From the sequence record MK308676.1: a stretch of DNA of 64,000 bases. One strand, written 5' to 3'. This document shows, in pieces, positions 27,407-36,521 of the stretch. Under the pieces are notes generated by a model, which made no database searches, was not told the origin of the DNA, and worked only from the letters and a program-made list of their open reading frames with translations. The first letter of the stretch is position 1, and each line of letters begins with the position of its first letter. A program made the translations under genes and the position numbers.

Positions 27407-28648
27407 ATGACAATGGATATCCGCGAATCGATTAATGCCGCACTAAATGCTAATCGCCTAGAAAACGCTGAAACATTTACTGTAGCCGAGACTCAGCAAC
27501 TTATGACTGAGTTCACTACTCTAGCTAAAGAACACTTCGAAGCATCTAACGTTCTAGCTGCTCTTGAGAGACTCATGGTTGAGTCTAAAGGTGCTAAGCC
27601 ACAACTTGTACTGTCACAAGCAAACATGCTCTTAGGGGAGCGCTGGGAGCTTTCTCTACCTTCCATGGAATCGTACGACGAACTAACTACCGAAGTTGCA
27701 ATGGAAGGTATTGTGGATGTCGGTAAGAAGATTCTTAAGTTCGTTAAAGACACAGCTAAGTCACTTAAGAAGAAAGGCAAGGTGTTCTTCCGTGCTTTAG
27801 GTAACCTATTCCGTAACGACTACCAAATCGCTCAAGACGTTCTAGCGGAGCTAAATGGTAAACCTGACTTTAAAGAAGGCGAACTTAGCTTTAGCGACGG
27901 TGGTCAATTCTTCATGGGTGAAGGTGTGGAATACCGCACTGCTGCTGAAGTAGTGACTGCGATGGCTTCTAACATTCTTACTCTAGACGCTGAGCGTTTT
28001 AATAAGCTATTCTCAGATGCAGCTAAAGCAGTAGCATTTGCTGAGAACGATGCGGCCATGAATATCAGTGAAGTTACTAAGCACTGCATTGAGACCATGA
28101 ACCTCAATCATACTTCTGACCACGATGAGAAAGCGTACTACATCACTGACGGTAAAGTACCAGGTAGCTGGAAATACAGCGCAGTAACTGAGAAAGCAGT
28201 TGTGGGCGGTCAGATTGCCGAATTCCTTATGGAAGGCGACTCTATTCTGCCGCGCCGTCGCGGTGGCATTAAGATGCAGGCGATGACTGAAGAAGAAGTA
28301 CGTGCAGTTTGTGACGTAATCATGAAGTACTCTCAGCATGGACAGAACTTAGTTTCCGTTATGGCTGACCGTTACTGGGATACTGTGGCTTACATGGATA
28401 AAGTAGATAGCTCCATGTGGGAAACTCACGAGTACACGGATTACGAGAAAGACGAAGATGGTAACGATGTAGAAATCACTACGACCATCACTTACGACTT
28501 AGCTCGCAATGAACAACACTGGAAAGCATACGTTCGCATTTCTAATGTGTTCTGGGTAACCATGCATTACCTAAACGCTCTATTCAGTCACGCTAGTAAC
28601 TGTAACAAAGCAATGGCCGAAATGGCTCAGTCTTCTTACGAAGTATAA
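27407..28648 (+). CDS. Inner head protein (phiKZ gp93/gp162/gp163-like) with cleaved propeptide
   Basis: Glu-rich N-terminus ending PSMES...EVAMEG (gp175-type S/A/G-X-E sites), followed by a basic segment. Confidence 0.75.
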   Translation: MTMDIRESINAALNANRLENAETFTVAETQQLMTEFTTLAKEHFEASNVLAALERLMVESKGAKPQLVLSQANMLLGERWELSLPSMESYDELTTEVAMEGIVDVGKKILKFVKDTAKSLKKKGKVFFRALGNLFRNDYQIAQDVLAELNGKPDFKEGELSFSDGGQFFMGEGVEYRTAAEVVTAMASNILTLDAERFNKLFSDAAKAVAFAENDAAMNISEVTKHCIETMNLNHTSDHDEKAYYITDGKVPGSWKYSAVTEKAVVGGQIAEFLMEGDSILPRRRGGIKMQAMTEEEVRAVCDVIMKYSQHGQNLVSVMADRYWDTVAYMDKVDSSMWETHEYTDYEKDEDGNDVEITTTITYDLARNEQHWKAYVRISNVFWVTMHYLNALFSHASNCNKAMAEMAQSSYEV

Positions 28649-28665
28649 AAAGAAAAATAAGATAG

Positions 28666-28690
28666 CTCTCCTCTGCATTGCAGAGGAGAG
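28666..28690. terminator. Bidirectional terminator
   Basis: CTCTCCTCTGCA-T-TGCAGAGGAGAG between convergent genes. Confidence 0.75.
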
Positions 28691-28696
28691 TATTAT

Positions 28697-29344
28697 CTAT
28701 TTAAAGTCTCGGCTTAACCAATGCAGAGTAGCCTTTACCTTTTCAGCGGTTTCTTCAATAGTGCCTGAAGAATCTACCATAGCGGCATGGTCTGTCTTGG
28801 CCGCCAAATCCATGAACTTTAAACGAGCTCGCTGGAAGAAAGCCAGTCCGGACATTTCGATGCGGTCTAGCTCACCACGGCCACGGGCACGTTCCATCCC
28901 TAACATTGGGTCGACATCCATGTAGATGTAGAAGTCAGGCTCAAAGCCACCTAGTGCCACATCGCGAATGGGCATTAACTGGCAGTCAGGAATGCCGCGA
29001 CCTGCACCTTGGTACGCTAAGGTAGACCAATCGTGTCGGTCACCGATAACTAACTTACCTTTCATAAGGGCAGGTTTAATGACGTTCTCTACTAACTGAA
29101 CTCGAGCTGCGTACATCATGAGAAGCTCCGTTCGGTCATTGAGTACCTCGCCTTCATGTTCTTGCTTTACAAGAGCACGAAGTTTCTCGGCTAACACCGT
29201 ACCGCCTGGTTCACGAACACACACGATGTCGTCTGGTGAAATACCGACGGAAATGGCATAATCTTTAATTGCTTGAATGGCAGTTGACTTACCTGCGCCT
29301 TCTAGACCTTCGATTACAATAAAGCGGCCGTACTTTGAAATCAC
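28697..29344 (-). CDS. tmk: Thymidylate kinase (GTG start at 29344)
   Basis: FIVIEGLEGAGKST, REPGGT, GDRH and RARGRGELDRIE; AGGAG SD and GTGA overlap. Confidence 0.93.
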   Translation of the reverse strand: MISKYGRFIVIEGLEGAGKSTAIQAIKDYAISVGISPDDIVCVREPGGTVLAEKLRALVKQEHEGEVLNDRTELLMMYAARVQLVENVIKPALMKGKLVIGDRHDWSTLAYQGAGRGIPDCQLMPIRDVALGGFEPDFYIYMDVDPMLGMERARGRGELDRIEMSGLAFFQRARLKFMDLAAKTDHAAMVDSSGTIEETAEKVKATLHWLSRDFK

Positions 29345-29961
29345 GCTGGTTCTCCTGTTACTTCTGTGAACACGGGATAGTTGGAAAGGAAACGGAACAG
29401 TTCGTCGGTTGTTGCGCCTAAAGGTGACGCCGTATCGATGAAGCACGCGGCACGTCCGTGAATGGCGTAACTGTAAACGAATCTCTGTTCGCCCGTCCTA
29501 GGGTTGACAATCATGCTAGGCGTTGGCGCTAGGCGGATTGTGAAGCGGTCGTCGAGCATCGGGTCATAAGCCGTAATGGGTGAACCTCCCAAGAGCGCTT
29601 CGTACGCATCGAACGTCACTTCGCCAGGAGGCGCATAGTTCGCATCGATGTAACGAACTTGTGGAGCCACGAAAGACGGCTCTGCGAATTCCGTATAGTG
29701 GAAGTACGTCTTATTGCGAGAGTTGATTTCGAACTCGATGTCCGCAGACGCAGTTAGGTCAAATCGCTGCAGATTGCCAGCGTCGACGTAGTCCACAAAA
29801 CTGTCCGGACGCAGTCGAACTTGAAACAGCTTACCTTCGGCATCTACAGAACGACATTCCCAGATGCGGTACACTACGCCGTTCAGTAAGTTGGTTAAGT
29901 AGCGAGGCATCTGCGTACCTGCCGCTATGCGTCGGAAGATTTCCATTAAGTCTTCTTGCAT
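29341..29961 (-). CDS. Hypothetical protein (206 aa)
   Basis: GGAG SD. Confidence 0.8.
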   Translation of the reverse strand: MQEDLMEIFRRIAAGTQMPRYLTNLLNGVVYRIWECRSVDAEGKLFQVRLRPDSFVDYVDAGNLQRFDLTASADIEFEINSRNKTYFHYTEFAEPSFVAPQVRYIDANYAPPGEVTFDAYEALLGGSPITAYDPMLDDRFTIRLAPTPSMIVNPRTGEQRFVYSYAIHGRAACFIDTASPLGATTDELFRFLSNYPVFTEVTGEPA

Positions 29962-29976
29962 GGTGGTTTCTCCAAG

Positions 29977-30531
29977 TTAAAGTTTAATGCCTAGCTTACG
30001 TAAAGCGTAGACTTCGTCGTCGTTTAATTCAACAGATTCTGCGATTGTGTTTTCTATGCCCTTATAAACATCGCTTAGCTTTTCTCGCCACTGGTCACGT
30101 TCTACTTTAAAGGGCGCCAAGGCAATGCGTTCGGAACCAATAGTTCTTAAGTGGTGTTCGGGAACCTCTCCCTCAGGAACTGGCAACCACGTCACATCGC
30201 CATACTTCTCTACCGTCTCTTCCGTGACGTTGAAACGAAGAATTTTGAAGTTCACTTTATGGTTGTCTGCATTAGGCCACTGCTGAGGAAGCATCTTTTC
30301 CTCAGTCTCGTAAAATACTTGACTCTCAGAGAGGAGTTCCTTTGTGCGGGCACAGTGCCCTGAGAAGTCCGCTTTAGGGTATCGGTCAGGATGGAACAGG
30401 TCTCTCATTGGTTCCGAGATTTCCCGGGCCAAGTTAAAGGCATCGGCCGTTGGGCCGCACGTATAGCAGAGTTCGCGATACTTCGGCTCAATGAGGCGCT
30501 TAAGCGCCTCAGGTCGGTAGGTTAAACGCAT
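29977..30531 (-). CDS. Hypothetical protein (184 aa)
   Basis: GGAG SD. Confidence 0.75.
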   Translation of the reverse strand: MRLTYRPEALKRLIEPKYRELCYTCGPTADAFNLAREISEPMRDLFHPDRYPKADFSGHCARTKELLSESQVFYETEEKMLPQQWPNADNHKVNFKILRFNVTEETVEKYGDVTWLPVPEGEVPEHHLRTIGSERIALAPFKVERDQWREKLSDVYKGIENTIAESVELNDDEVYALRKLGIKL

Positions 30532-31172
30532 GGCGGTACTTCTCCGTGCTCTAGGATTTTATGTTGAAGTAGTAACGCTTCAACTTCTTTCTGTGAAAGA
30601 AACCCTGGAACTTCGGTACGTACATTTAAAGCCTTGCCGCTATACATACAAATCAAGCGGAAGGGCATGCGAGGTTCTTCACGTAACTGTCCCAGAGAAA
30701 TGAACTCCTCTTTTGGCTCCACAATCAGTAAGCGGTTATGGCCGCCACTCCAAGGCTCCAGCTCGAAACGCGTAGGCATATCGGATTGGAAGCTATGCAG
30801 TGGGATAGCGTATTGCTTTCCTTTGAACTCATAGACATAGTTACGGAGAGATAGTCCTACCTTAGAGAACGACCATTGAGGCAAGTCACAGAGAGGTATC
30901 TCTAAACACTCGAACTCTTCTCCCATTACAGGGATTACGATAGACTGTCCATCTTTTATAGTATATGAACCTTTCGTCATATCAAAAGTGCGCCCGGTAC
31001 TAACATGACAGAACGAACAGGACGTAGACATCGCCTGAGCGAATTCCTTTAGTTGCGTTTCCGGGGTTTTCATCAAAGAAACGGCAAGGGCCTTATCCAT
31101 TTCGAAGAGGGCTTCGCTCGCTTCCTCTTGACCCGCATTAATTTGCTTTATTAGGTTAAAGTAGTTAGGCAT
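30522..31172 (-). CDS. Hypothetical protein (216 aa)
   Basis: GGAG SD; short overlaps with neighbours. Confidence 0.75.
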   Translation of the reverse strand: MPNYFNLIKQINAGQEEASEALFEMDKALAVSLMKTPETQLKEFAQAMSTSCSFCHVSTGRTFDMTKGSYTIKDGQSIVIPVMGEEFECLEIPLCDLPQWSFSKVGLSLRNYVYEFKGKQYAIPLHSFQSDMPTRFELEPWSGGHNRLLIVEPKEEFISLGQLREEPRMPFRLICMYSGKALNVRTEVPGFLSQKEVEALLLQHKILEHGEVPPCV

Positions 31173-31581
31173 TTTGTTTCTCCTGTTCTTTTAGCTTTTT
31201 AGCGTCAGTAATCTTCTCTTGAGTTTGAACAATCGCTGTATCAATCCAATCGTTACCGTTCTCGTCTAAACGAGTAGGACGCAAGTATTGGTCCATCTCT
31301 TTGGACAGCGCTTCTAGTTGACGCTCTGAGATAAACTTAAAGCGACGTAGGTTCTTCGGTAAGAAAAGTCCACGGAAATGATAATGGCTACAGAAGTCTT
31401 TATCATTCTTTAGGCGACGAACGAAGGCCTCATAGAAACCTTCCTTATAAGCAGTAAGTAGTTTCTTACCTACTTTGTGCTTTTTGTTATATGGGTTCCA
31501 GTAGTTAGTCGGACCATACTTTTTGAAGTTCTCCGCACCTTCGCGTTTAGCTTGGAGAATCTGCTGCTGGAGCTTATTCAT
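31165..31581 (-). CDS. Protein with an N-terminal RMF/CrpP-like motif (start MNKLQQQ)
   Basis: A.REG...G...NPY...AY.EGF.EA pattern; ATG follows the upstream stop. Confidence 0.5.
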   Translation of the reverse strand: MNKLQQQILQAKREGAENFKKYGPTNYWNPYNKKHKVGKKLLTAYKEGFYEAFVRRLKNDKDFCSHYHFRGLFLPKNLRRFKFISERQLEALSKEMDQYLRPTRLDENGNDWIDTAIVQTQEKITDAKKLKEQEKQNA

Positions 31582-31582
31582 G

Positions 31583-32095
31583 TTAGAGTTCCGTGTGTTT
31601 GTAGAAATACTCACGCTTTAGTCGTTCTTCGTAAGGAACAGGCGCATCTCCGTGGTTCATTAAGATGCGGTTGTGTGCCCAGTTTTGACAGCGACCTAAG
31701 ATTTCTAGGTACGTGGCAATAGACTCTACGCCATCAGAGACGTAGGCCATCTCGTCACCTTCATTGCCCCAATCAGCAGGAATGAAGAGATGACACATGT
31801 CGTTACGTTTTTGGTAGACCTCACAGAGCTTGCCATCTACTGCATAGACCGGCTTACCTGCTTCTTCGTAGATGCTTTCCATTCCGTTTTCCGCAGAGTA
31901 GAACGTAACCTTTGAAGAGAAGCTATCCTGCGCATCTTCAGCATCTTTAAAATGTGCTACGACGATTGGCAGGTTATCTTCGTTGCGGGCGACGACAAAA
32001 GCCTGGAGATGTTCCGCAGCCGGACCACCGGTAACTAGGATGGTTAGTACTTCTTCCGTATCTGGCTTCTGCCAGTTTAAAATAGACATGGTCAT
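31583..32095 (-). CDS. Hypothetical protein (170 aa)
   Basis: AGGAG SD. Confidence 0.75.
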   Translation of the reverse strand: MTMSILNWQKPDTEEVLTILVTGGPAAEHLQAFVVARNEDNLPIVVAHFKDAEDAQDSFSSKVTFYSAENGMESIYEEAGKPVYAVDGKLCEVYQKRNDMCHLFIPADWGNEGDEMAYVSDGVESIATYLEILGRCQNWAHNRILMNHGDAPVPYEERLKREYFYKHTEL

Positions 32096-32106
32096 GGTAG
32101 TTCTCC

Positions 32107-33141
32107 TTAAACAGACGCGATGTAATGATTAAAAGCCGAGAGGCTCTCTTTAGCGAAGATGTGATTGACGATGATGCCTTCGAAGAGCTTAGCATTAGGT
32201 TTCTCCGGCAGGTCGGATTTAGCCATAATGTTTTTAACGCATTGACGGACATCTTCAATCGTGCGTTCCAGTTCGTCGAGTAAATCTTGAGTCATCTCAC
32301 TACGTTTGATTTCCAGAATCTTCTTAGCTAAGTTTTCTTCTAGAGGTAGGGACAGATGGCTGTTCTCTGCGATATCCAAGCACTGGAAGGCAACACGATA
32401 AATGTGCCCCAAGGCCTTAGCATCGTAACCATTACGTTCAGTGAGCTTCATGCGGTTGCCGTAGCCATTGAACTTCTTCTCGATTCCGTAGAAGAACTGC
32501 TCCGCTGGAGCGTTCAAGTTAAACTGCTTATCCTTAAAGCGAACCTTTGCGAACTTGCCTTTGTCGACGATGTCCACAAGGCCTTCTTCAACAAAGCGGT
32601 CTAAGTCAAAGGCGTCACGCACGTACTTAGCGTCTCGGTTGAACGTATCCATGATGGCCTGGAGCTCACGCATAGCGGAGATTTTACGGTCATAGTCCGC
32701 GCAGTGCGTTTCCATATACTCCATCATGCCCGTCAGTGACGTTGACAGCGCGTACTTACGTTGCGCCGATAGTTTATACCATAGTTCCGAAGAATAGAGG
32801 ACGTAGGTTTCAGGAGTATACAACGTATCGATAAGGTTAGTATCGGTCTTCTCGATACATTCCGTAAATGACGTGATGGGTTTAACTTCAACTTCTAGGT
32901 CTGCTTCTTCCAGTTCCAGCTTAACGGTTTGACAAGCTCGGGAACTTAGGATATCCGAGCAGCTAGGCTGATACCATGCTTTAAAGTCTACGTCGGACTG
33001 GGCATCGGCTGTACCATGTAGATAGCTGCCCGACACGCCTAAGAACAATAGCGTCCCGCCAATCTCTTTAACTGCGAGATTGACCTGTTCCAGTACGCTG
33101 AGCTCTTCTTCTTCCGTTAGGAAATCTCTTAGCTTTTTCAT
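32107..33141 (-). CDS. Pol-beta-family nucleotidyltransferase (RlaP / T4 NrdC.11-like)
   Basis: GSYLHGT...SDVDFK signature; C-terminal DAKALGH.YR. Confidence 0.8.
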   Translation of the reverse strand: MKKLRDFLTEEEELSVLEQVNLAVKEIGGTLLFLGVSGSYLHGTADAQSDVDFKAWYQPSCSDILSSRACQTVKLELEEADLEVEVKPITSFTECIEKTDTNLIDTLYTPETYVLYSSELWYKLSAQRKYALSTSLTGMMEYMETHCADYDRKISAMRELQAIMDTFNRDAKYVRDAFDLDRFVEEGLVDIVDKGKFAKVRFKDKQFNLNAPAEQFFYGIEKKFNGYGNRMKLTERNGYDAKALGHIYRVAFQCLDIAENSHLSLPLEENLAKKILEIKRSEMTQDLLDELERTIEDVRQCVKNIMAKSDLPEKPNAKLFEGIIVNHIFAKESLSAFNHYIASV

Positions 33142-33142
33142 T

Positions 33143-34423
33143 TTAACCTCTTAAATATTTGCGAACGAAATCTACTTCGTTAGTTGCAGTGTTGAGTACC
33201 TTATGGCGCAGAATGTGATTACAGGCTTGTAGCTGGGCCTTATGAATGAGGTCCGGCACAGACTTCTTGTTAGCGCAGTTTTCTGCAATCGACTTTGAGT
33301 CCACGCCCTTGAGTTGTTCAACGGCCTCAAAGAACAAGTAGACTTGCTCATAGCGCTTACTTTCAAACTCTGCGATTTCTTCCCGCTTGTGTCCTCGGCC
33401 TCGAGCATCTGAGATACACACCGCCATGGTGCCCGCCAATAAGCGAGGGTTCTGAACCGCACGGTGCTCTCGAATAATCTCTAAGAGTTTCTTCTTAGTT
33501 ATTTGAGAACCTTTGGTCGTCGACTGGTGAATCTTAGTGTGGTTCTTACAGGCAACTAGCGCTAGCTTACGATATTGACTAGGCACTTTCCAGTCATCGC
33601 AGAACTTCTCGATTAAAGGAAGGCCCACCTCAGCATGACCGTAAGCATTGCCTCGTTCTCTATAGCAAGAAGGCTTCCCAATGTCGTGTAGGAACGCGGC
33701 TAACGTGACTTTAGGACAACCGAAGACCTTAGCTGCATAGTCCGTGACAAGTCTCGTATGGTTCGCTACGTTGCCTTCTGGGTGGTGTTCTAGATTCTGA
33801 GGTGTATCTTCATATTCTCCCCATAGACCATAAGCACCGACATCAGAAAGGAACTTGAAGAACGTAGAAATAGAACCGCCATGGACGATAACCTTTTCGA
33901 GTTCTCGCCACCAACGTTCCCGTGATACTTCTTCTAGATGCTCAGAAGCGATACGACATTCGCGGTAAAGTTCTGCTGTAGGCTCTAGGTCATAAAGAGC
34001 TAAGAAGCGAGCAGCACGCAGGACACGAAGTGGGTCTTCATGGAAATGTTTACCGATAGGACGTAGCATGCGTTGCTCTACGTCTTTAATGAAACCATGT
34101 GGGTCGATGAACTCTTCTTTCTCTTCGTCATACGCGATAGCATTGATGGTGAAGTCACGGCGCAACAGGTCCTCTTCTAACGTAACGCCTTCCCAGTTAC
34201 AATCGAAGCCAGTATGACCTACACCTTCTTTCTTATCAGTGCGGGCAAGGGCGTGCTCGTCACCGTACGCATCCATAAAGACAGGGAAGTCTTTACCGAT
34301 TTGTATAAAGCCTTGACGGACCATCGAAGTAGGGGTTTCATTAATAACCACGTAGTCCACGTCTTTAGGTTCAAGTCTCATTAACTTATTGCGGCACCAG
34401 CCACCTACTATATATTTTTCCAT
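33143..34423 (-). CDS. cca: CCA tRNA nucleotidyltransferase with HD domain
   Basis: YIVGG, KDVDY, EEDLLRRDFTINA, EDPLRVLRAARF, HHPEG and LHDIGK. Confidence 0.92.
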   Translation of the reverse strand: MEKYIVGGWCRNKLMRLEPKDVDYVVINETPTSMVRQGFIQIGKDFPVFMDAYGDEHALARTDKKEGVGHTGFDCNWEGVTLEEDLLRRDFTINAIAYDEEKEEFIDPHGFIKDVEQRMLRPIGKHFHEDPLRVLRAARFLALYDLEPTAELYRECRIASEHLEEVSRERWWRELEKVIVHGGSISTFFKFLSDVGAYGLWGEYEDTPQNLEHHPEGNVANHTRLVTDYAAKVFGCPKVTLAAFLHDIGKPSCYRERGNAYGHAEVGLPLIEKFCDDWKVPSQYRKLALVACKNHTKIHQSTTKGSQITKKKLLEIIREHRAVQNPRLLAGTMAVCISDARGRGHKREEIAEFESKRYEQVYLFFEAVEQLKGVDSKSIAENCANKKSVPDLIHKAQLQACNHILRHKVLNTATNEVDFVRKYLRG

Positions 34424-34475
34424 TTTGAAAATCCTTAATAAAGCCGTAGTCTAAAACAGACTACGGCAGGGATGA

Positions 34476-35030
34476 TTAATCTGCTCCAGGAGGAGGCGTT
34501 TGTAGTGTGTACTCTGGCTGGTACCCGTTACCGTTAGTTCCGTCGAAAACTCGACGCTCCATCTTGGCGTTGTCGTCTCCAACGAAAAGTCTGTGATGGT
34601 TTCTTCTGTCGTTCTTTGGAGGAATCATTTCCGAAGACATGTCTTCCACGTAGTCCTTAGGCGGTTTTTCGTTAGACTCAAACTCTTCCTTGCGATATGG
34701 TTCCAGTAACGCGTTCGCAATCACCGATACTGCCGCATAAGCACCTTCTTCTTTCATGTTCATGCGAGCAATATCTTCTGCGTCTTTCGGCATAGCGTTT
34801 TGGATTTTCTCCAGTTCGTCCACAATGGGGCGAAGCTTCGCTAATGCTTTGGCCACAGATACGGTAGCGTTGGTGTTGATATATAGAGACTGGTTAACCA
34901 TCTCGCGATAACGCTTCTTATAGTGCGCTGCACGTTTCTTGGCTTTAGATGTGGTTAGGTAATGTGAGATTGCCCAACCGACCATGATACCGGCACCCGA
35001 GAACAATACAGCCATTATTGATTCATTCAT
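34476..35030 (-). CDS. Hypothetical protein with N-terminal TM helix and C-terminal GYQP...PP tail
   Basis: AVLFSGAGIMVGWAISHYL; NGYQP motif. Confidence 0.7.
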   Translation of the reverse strand: MNESIMAVLFSGAGIMVGWAISHYLTTSKAKKRAAHYKKRYREMVNQSLYINTNATVSVAKALAKLRPIVDELEKIQNAMPKDAEDIARMNMKEEGAYAAVSVIANALLEPYRKEEFESNEKPPKDYVEDMSSEMIPPKNDRRNHHRLFVGDDNAKMERRVFDGTNGNGYQPEYTLQTPPPGAD

Positions 35031-35896
35031 TATAGTTTACCTGTTGCTTTAAAGAGGAAATTGATTTCGGTAAGTTTAGTGTTGACAGAATCAATTCTGA
35101 ACTGACCGTCGGGTAGGAAGTAAATAGATGCCACTTCGACATCGACGCAATCTTCCGTACTAAAGAAACGCTTAATGGTTTCACCTTGGACCGGATGCTC
35201 CACTGAAGCTGAGAGCATTTCCAGACGAGCAACTTCAGAAGGTCTGCGAGTGGACTGAATGCTAACATCTTCCAGGTTAATATTGTTCTTGCCTCCAGGC
35301 CAGTGAATGTACTGACCCATTAGCTCAAACACATTCCCCTGAACCGGTCCGCCGTTACGTACAGCTAGGGTGTAAGGGATAGTAAATTCCGGAGTTTCCT
35401 GTTTGACAATCTGCATCTTGAAGTCAAATGCGTCGAGGCCATCTGTACGAACGTAACTATGTTCGCCTTTTCGATTGAAACATAAAAAGGTACCTGGGCA
35501 ACTAGAATACCGAGATACGACCGTAGACCGTGGAGCCGTCTGTAGTGCGGCAGGTAGACGAGAATCTTCGACGATGATTCGGATACCGAAGACATTTAGT
35601 AATGCCTCCATATTTCCGCCTTTGGCTTGGAATAGTTGCTTATCGACAACTAGAATCTCGGGTGGATTTTCGATGATGTCTTGTGGCGATTTGTAACCCA
35701 TCACGTTCTCGGTAAAGTAGCCGATGCGTTTTAAGGCGTGCTTGTGAGCTAGGAGTTCCGACAGATGTAGGGCTAACTGCGAAGTACCTGAAAAGGTATC
35801 TCCTAGGACCCGATAAAGGCGCTGTTTACCTAAAGCCTTCGCGTTGAAGGACGTCTTTACAGTTGTTTTAGTTTGCGAAAGAAATGTGCTGTTCAT
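35030..35896 (-). CDS. Hypothetical protein (288 aa)
   Basis: TAATG coupling; GGAG SD. Confidence 0.8.
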   Translation of the reverse strand: MNSTFLSQTKTTVKTSFNAKALGKQRLYRVLGDTFSGTSQLALHLSELLAHKHALKRIGYFTENVMGYKSPQDIIENPPEILVVDKQLFQAKGGNMEALLNVFGIRIIVEDSRLPAALQTAPRSTVVSRYSSCPGTFLCFNRKGEHSYVRTDGLDAFDFKMQIVKQETPEFTIPYTLAVRNGGPVQGNVFELMGQYIHWPGGKNNINLEDVSIQSTRRPSEVARLEMLSASVEHPVQGETIKRFFSTEDCVDVEVASIYFLPDGQFRIDSVNTKLTEINFLFKATGKL

Positions 35897-35969
35897 GAGA
35901 TAGACTCCGGCATAATTACGTTTATAAGCGATTGGTCTTTACGTGACCTAACGATGTAACATGACGCAG

Positions 35970-36449
35970 TTACGGGCGAATGCGTTTAAAGTCATCGCGG
36001 ACTTTCTGGATGTAGACAACATCATATCGATAGACACTTCGTAGAATGTCTACAACTGAGTCTAGCCACACTTCGAGAATTTCGCGAGGATACTTCTCTG
36101 TTTCAAAGGCGGCTTGTTTACATATCCATTCCATGTGAGCGACAGCAGATGCGTCGTTCTTAGAAAGGTTTCTTACCGAGGCTTTCGCTGCTTGCTTAGA
36201 TGCCAGTTTAATATGGTCCAGTAAGAAGTATGCGAAAAGGTTTGTTGCATTAGCGTGGATGGTCTGGTAAATAGGTCGCTTACATTTGCGACATTTATAG
36301 CCAGGCTTAACTGCGGGGTCTTCATAGCTGTACTGAAACAACATGAGTTGGCGAGTCTCACAATCAGGACACTCTAACTCACGTCGGTTCATGACGGCAC
36401 CTAGGTAGTCGCGATAGACTGCTCCGTTAAATAAAGTTTGGTCTAACAT
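35970..36449 (-). CDS. Zinc-ribbon protein
   Basis: CPDC...CRKC; AGGAG SD. Confidence 0.7.
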   Translation of the reverse strand: MLDQTLFNGAVYRDYLGAVMNRRELECPDCETRQLMLFQYSYEDPAVKPGYKCRKCKRPIYQTIHANATNLFAYFLLDHIKLASKQAAKASVRNLSKNDASAVAHMEWICKQAAFETEKYPREILEVWLDSVVDILRSVYRYDVVYIQKVRDDFKRIRP

Positions 36450-36486
36450 ATAGTCTCCTATCTAAAAAATTTTAAGATAAGGTTTA

Positions 36487-36518
36487 TTATCCCTCTGCTC
36501 CTAAGAACAGAGGGATAA
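36487..36518 (-). terminator. Terminator hairpin
   Basis: TTATCCCTCTG...CAGAGGGATAA just after the stop at 36522. Confidence 0.7.
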
Positions 36519-36521
36519 GGC

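Noticed and set aside
29961-29983. 21-nt repeat TGGTTTCTCCAAGTTAAAGTT, also at 63239
   Set aside because: It is the reverse complement of an AT-rich enhancer plus GGAG SD; explained by translation-initiation context
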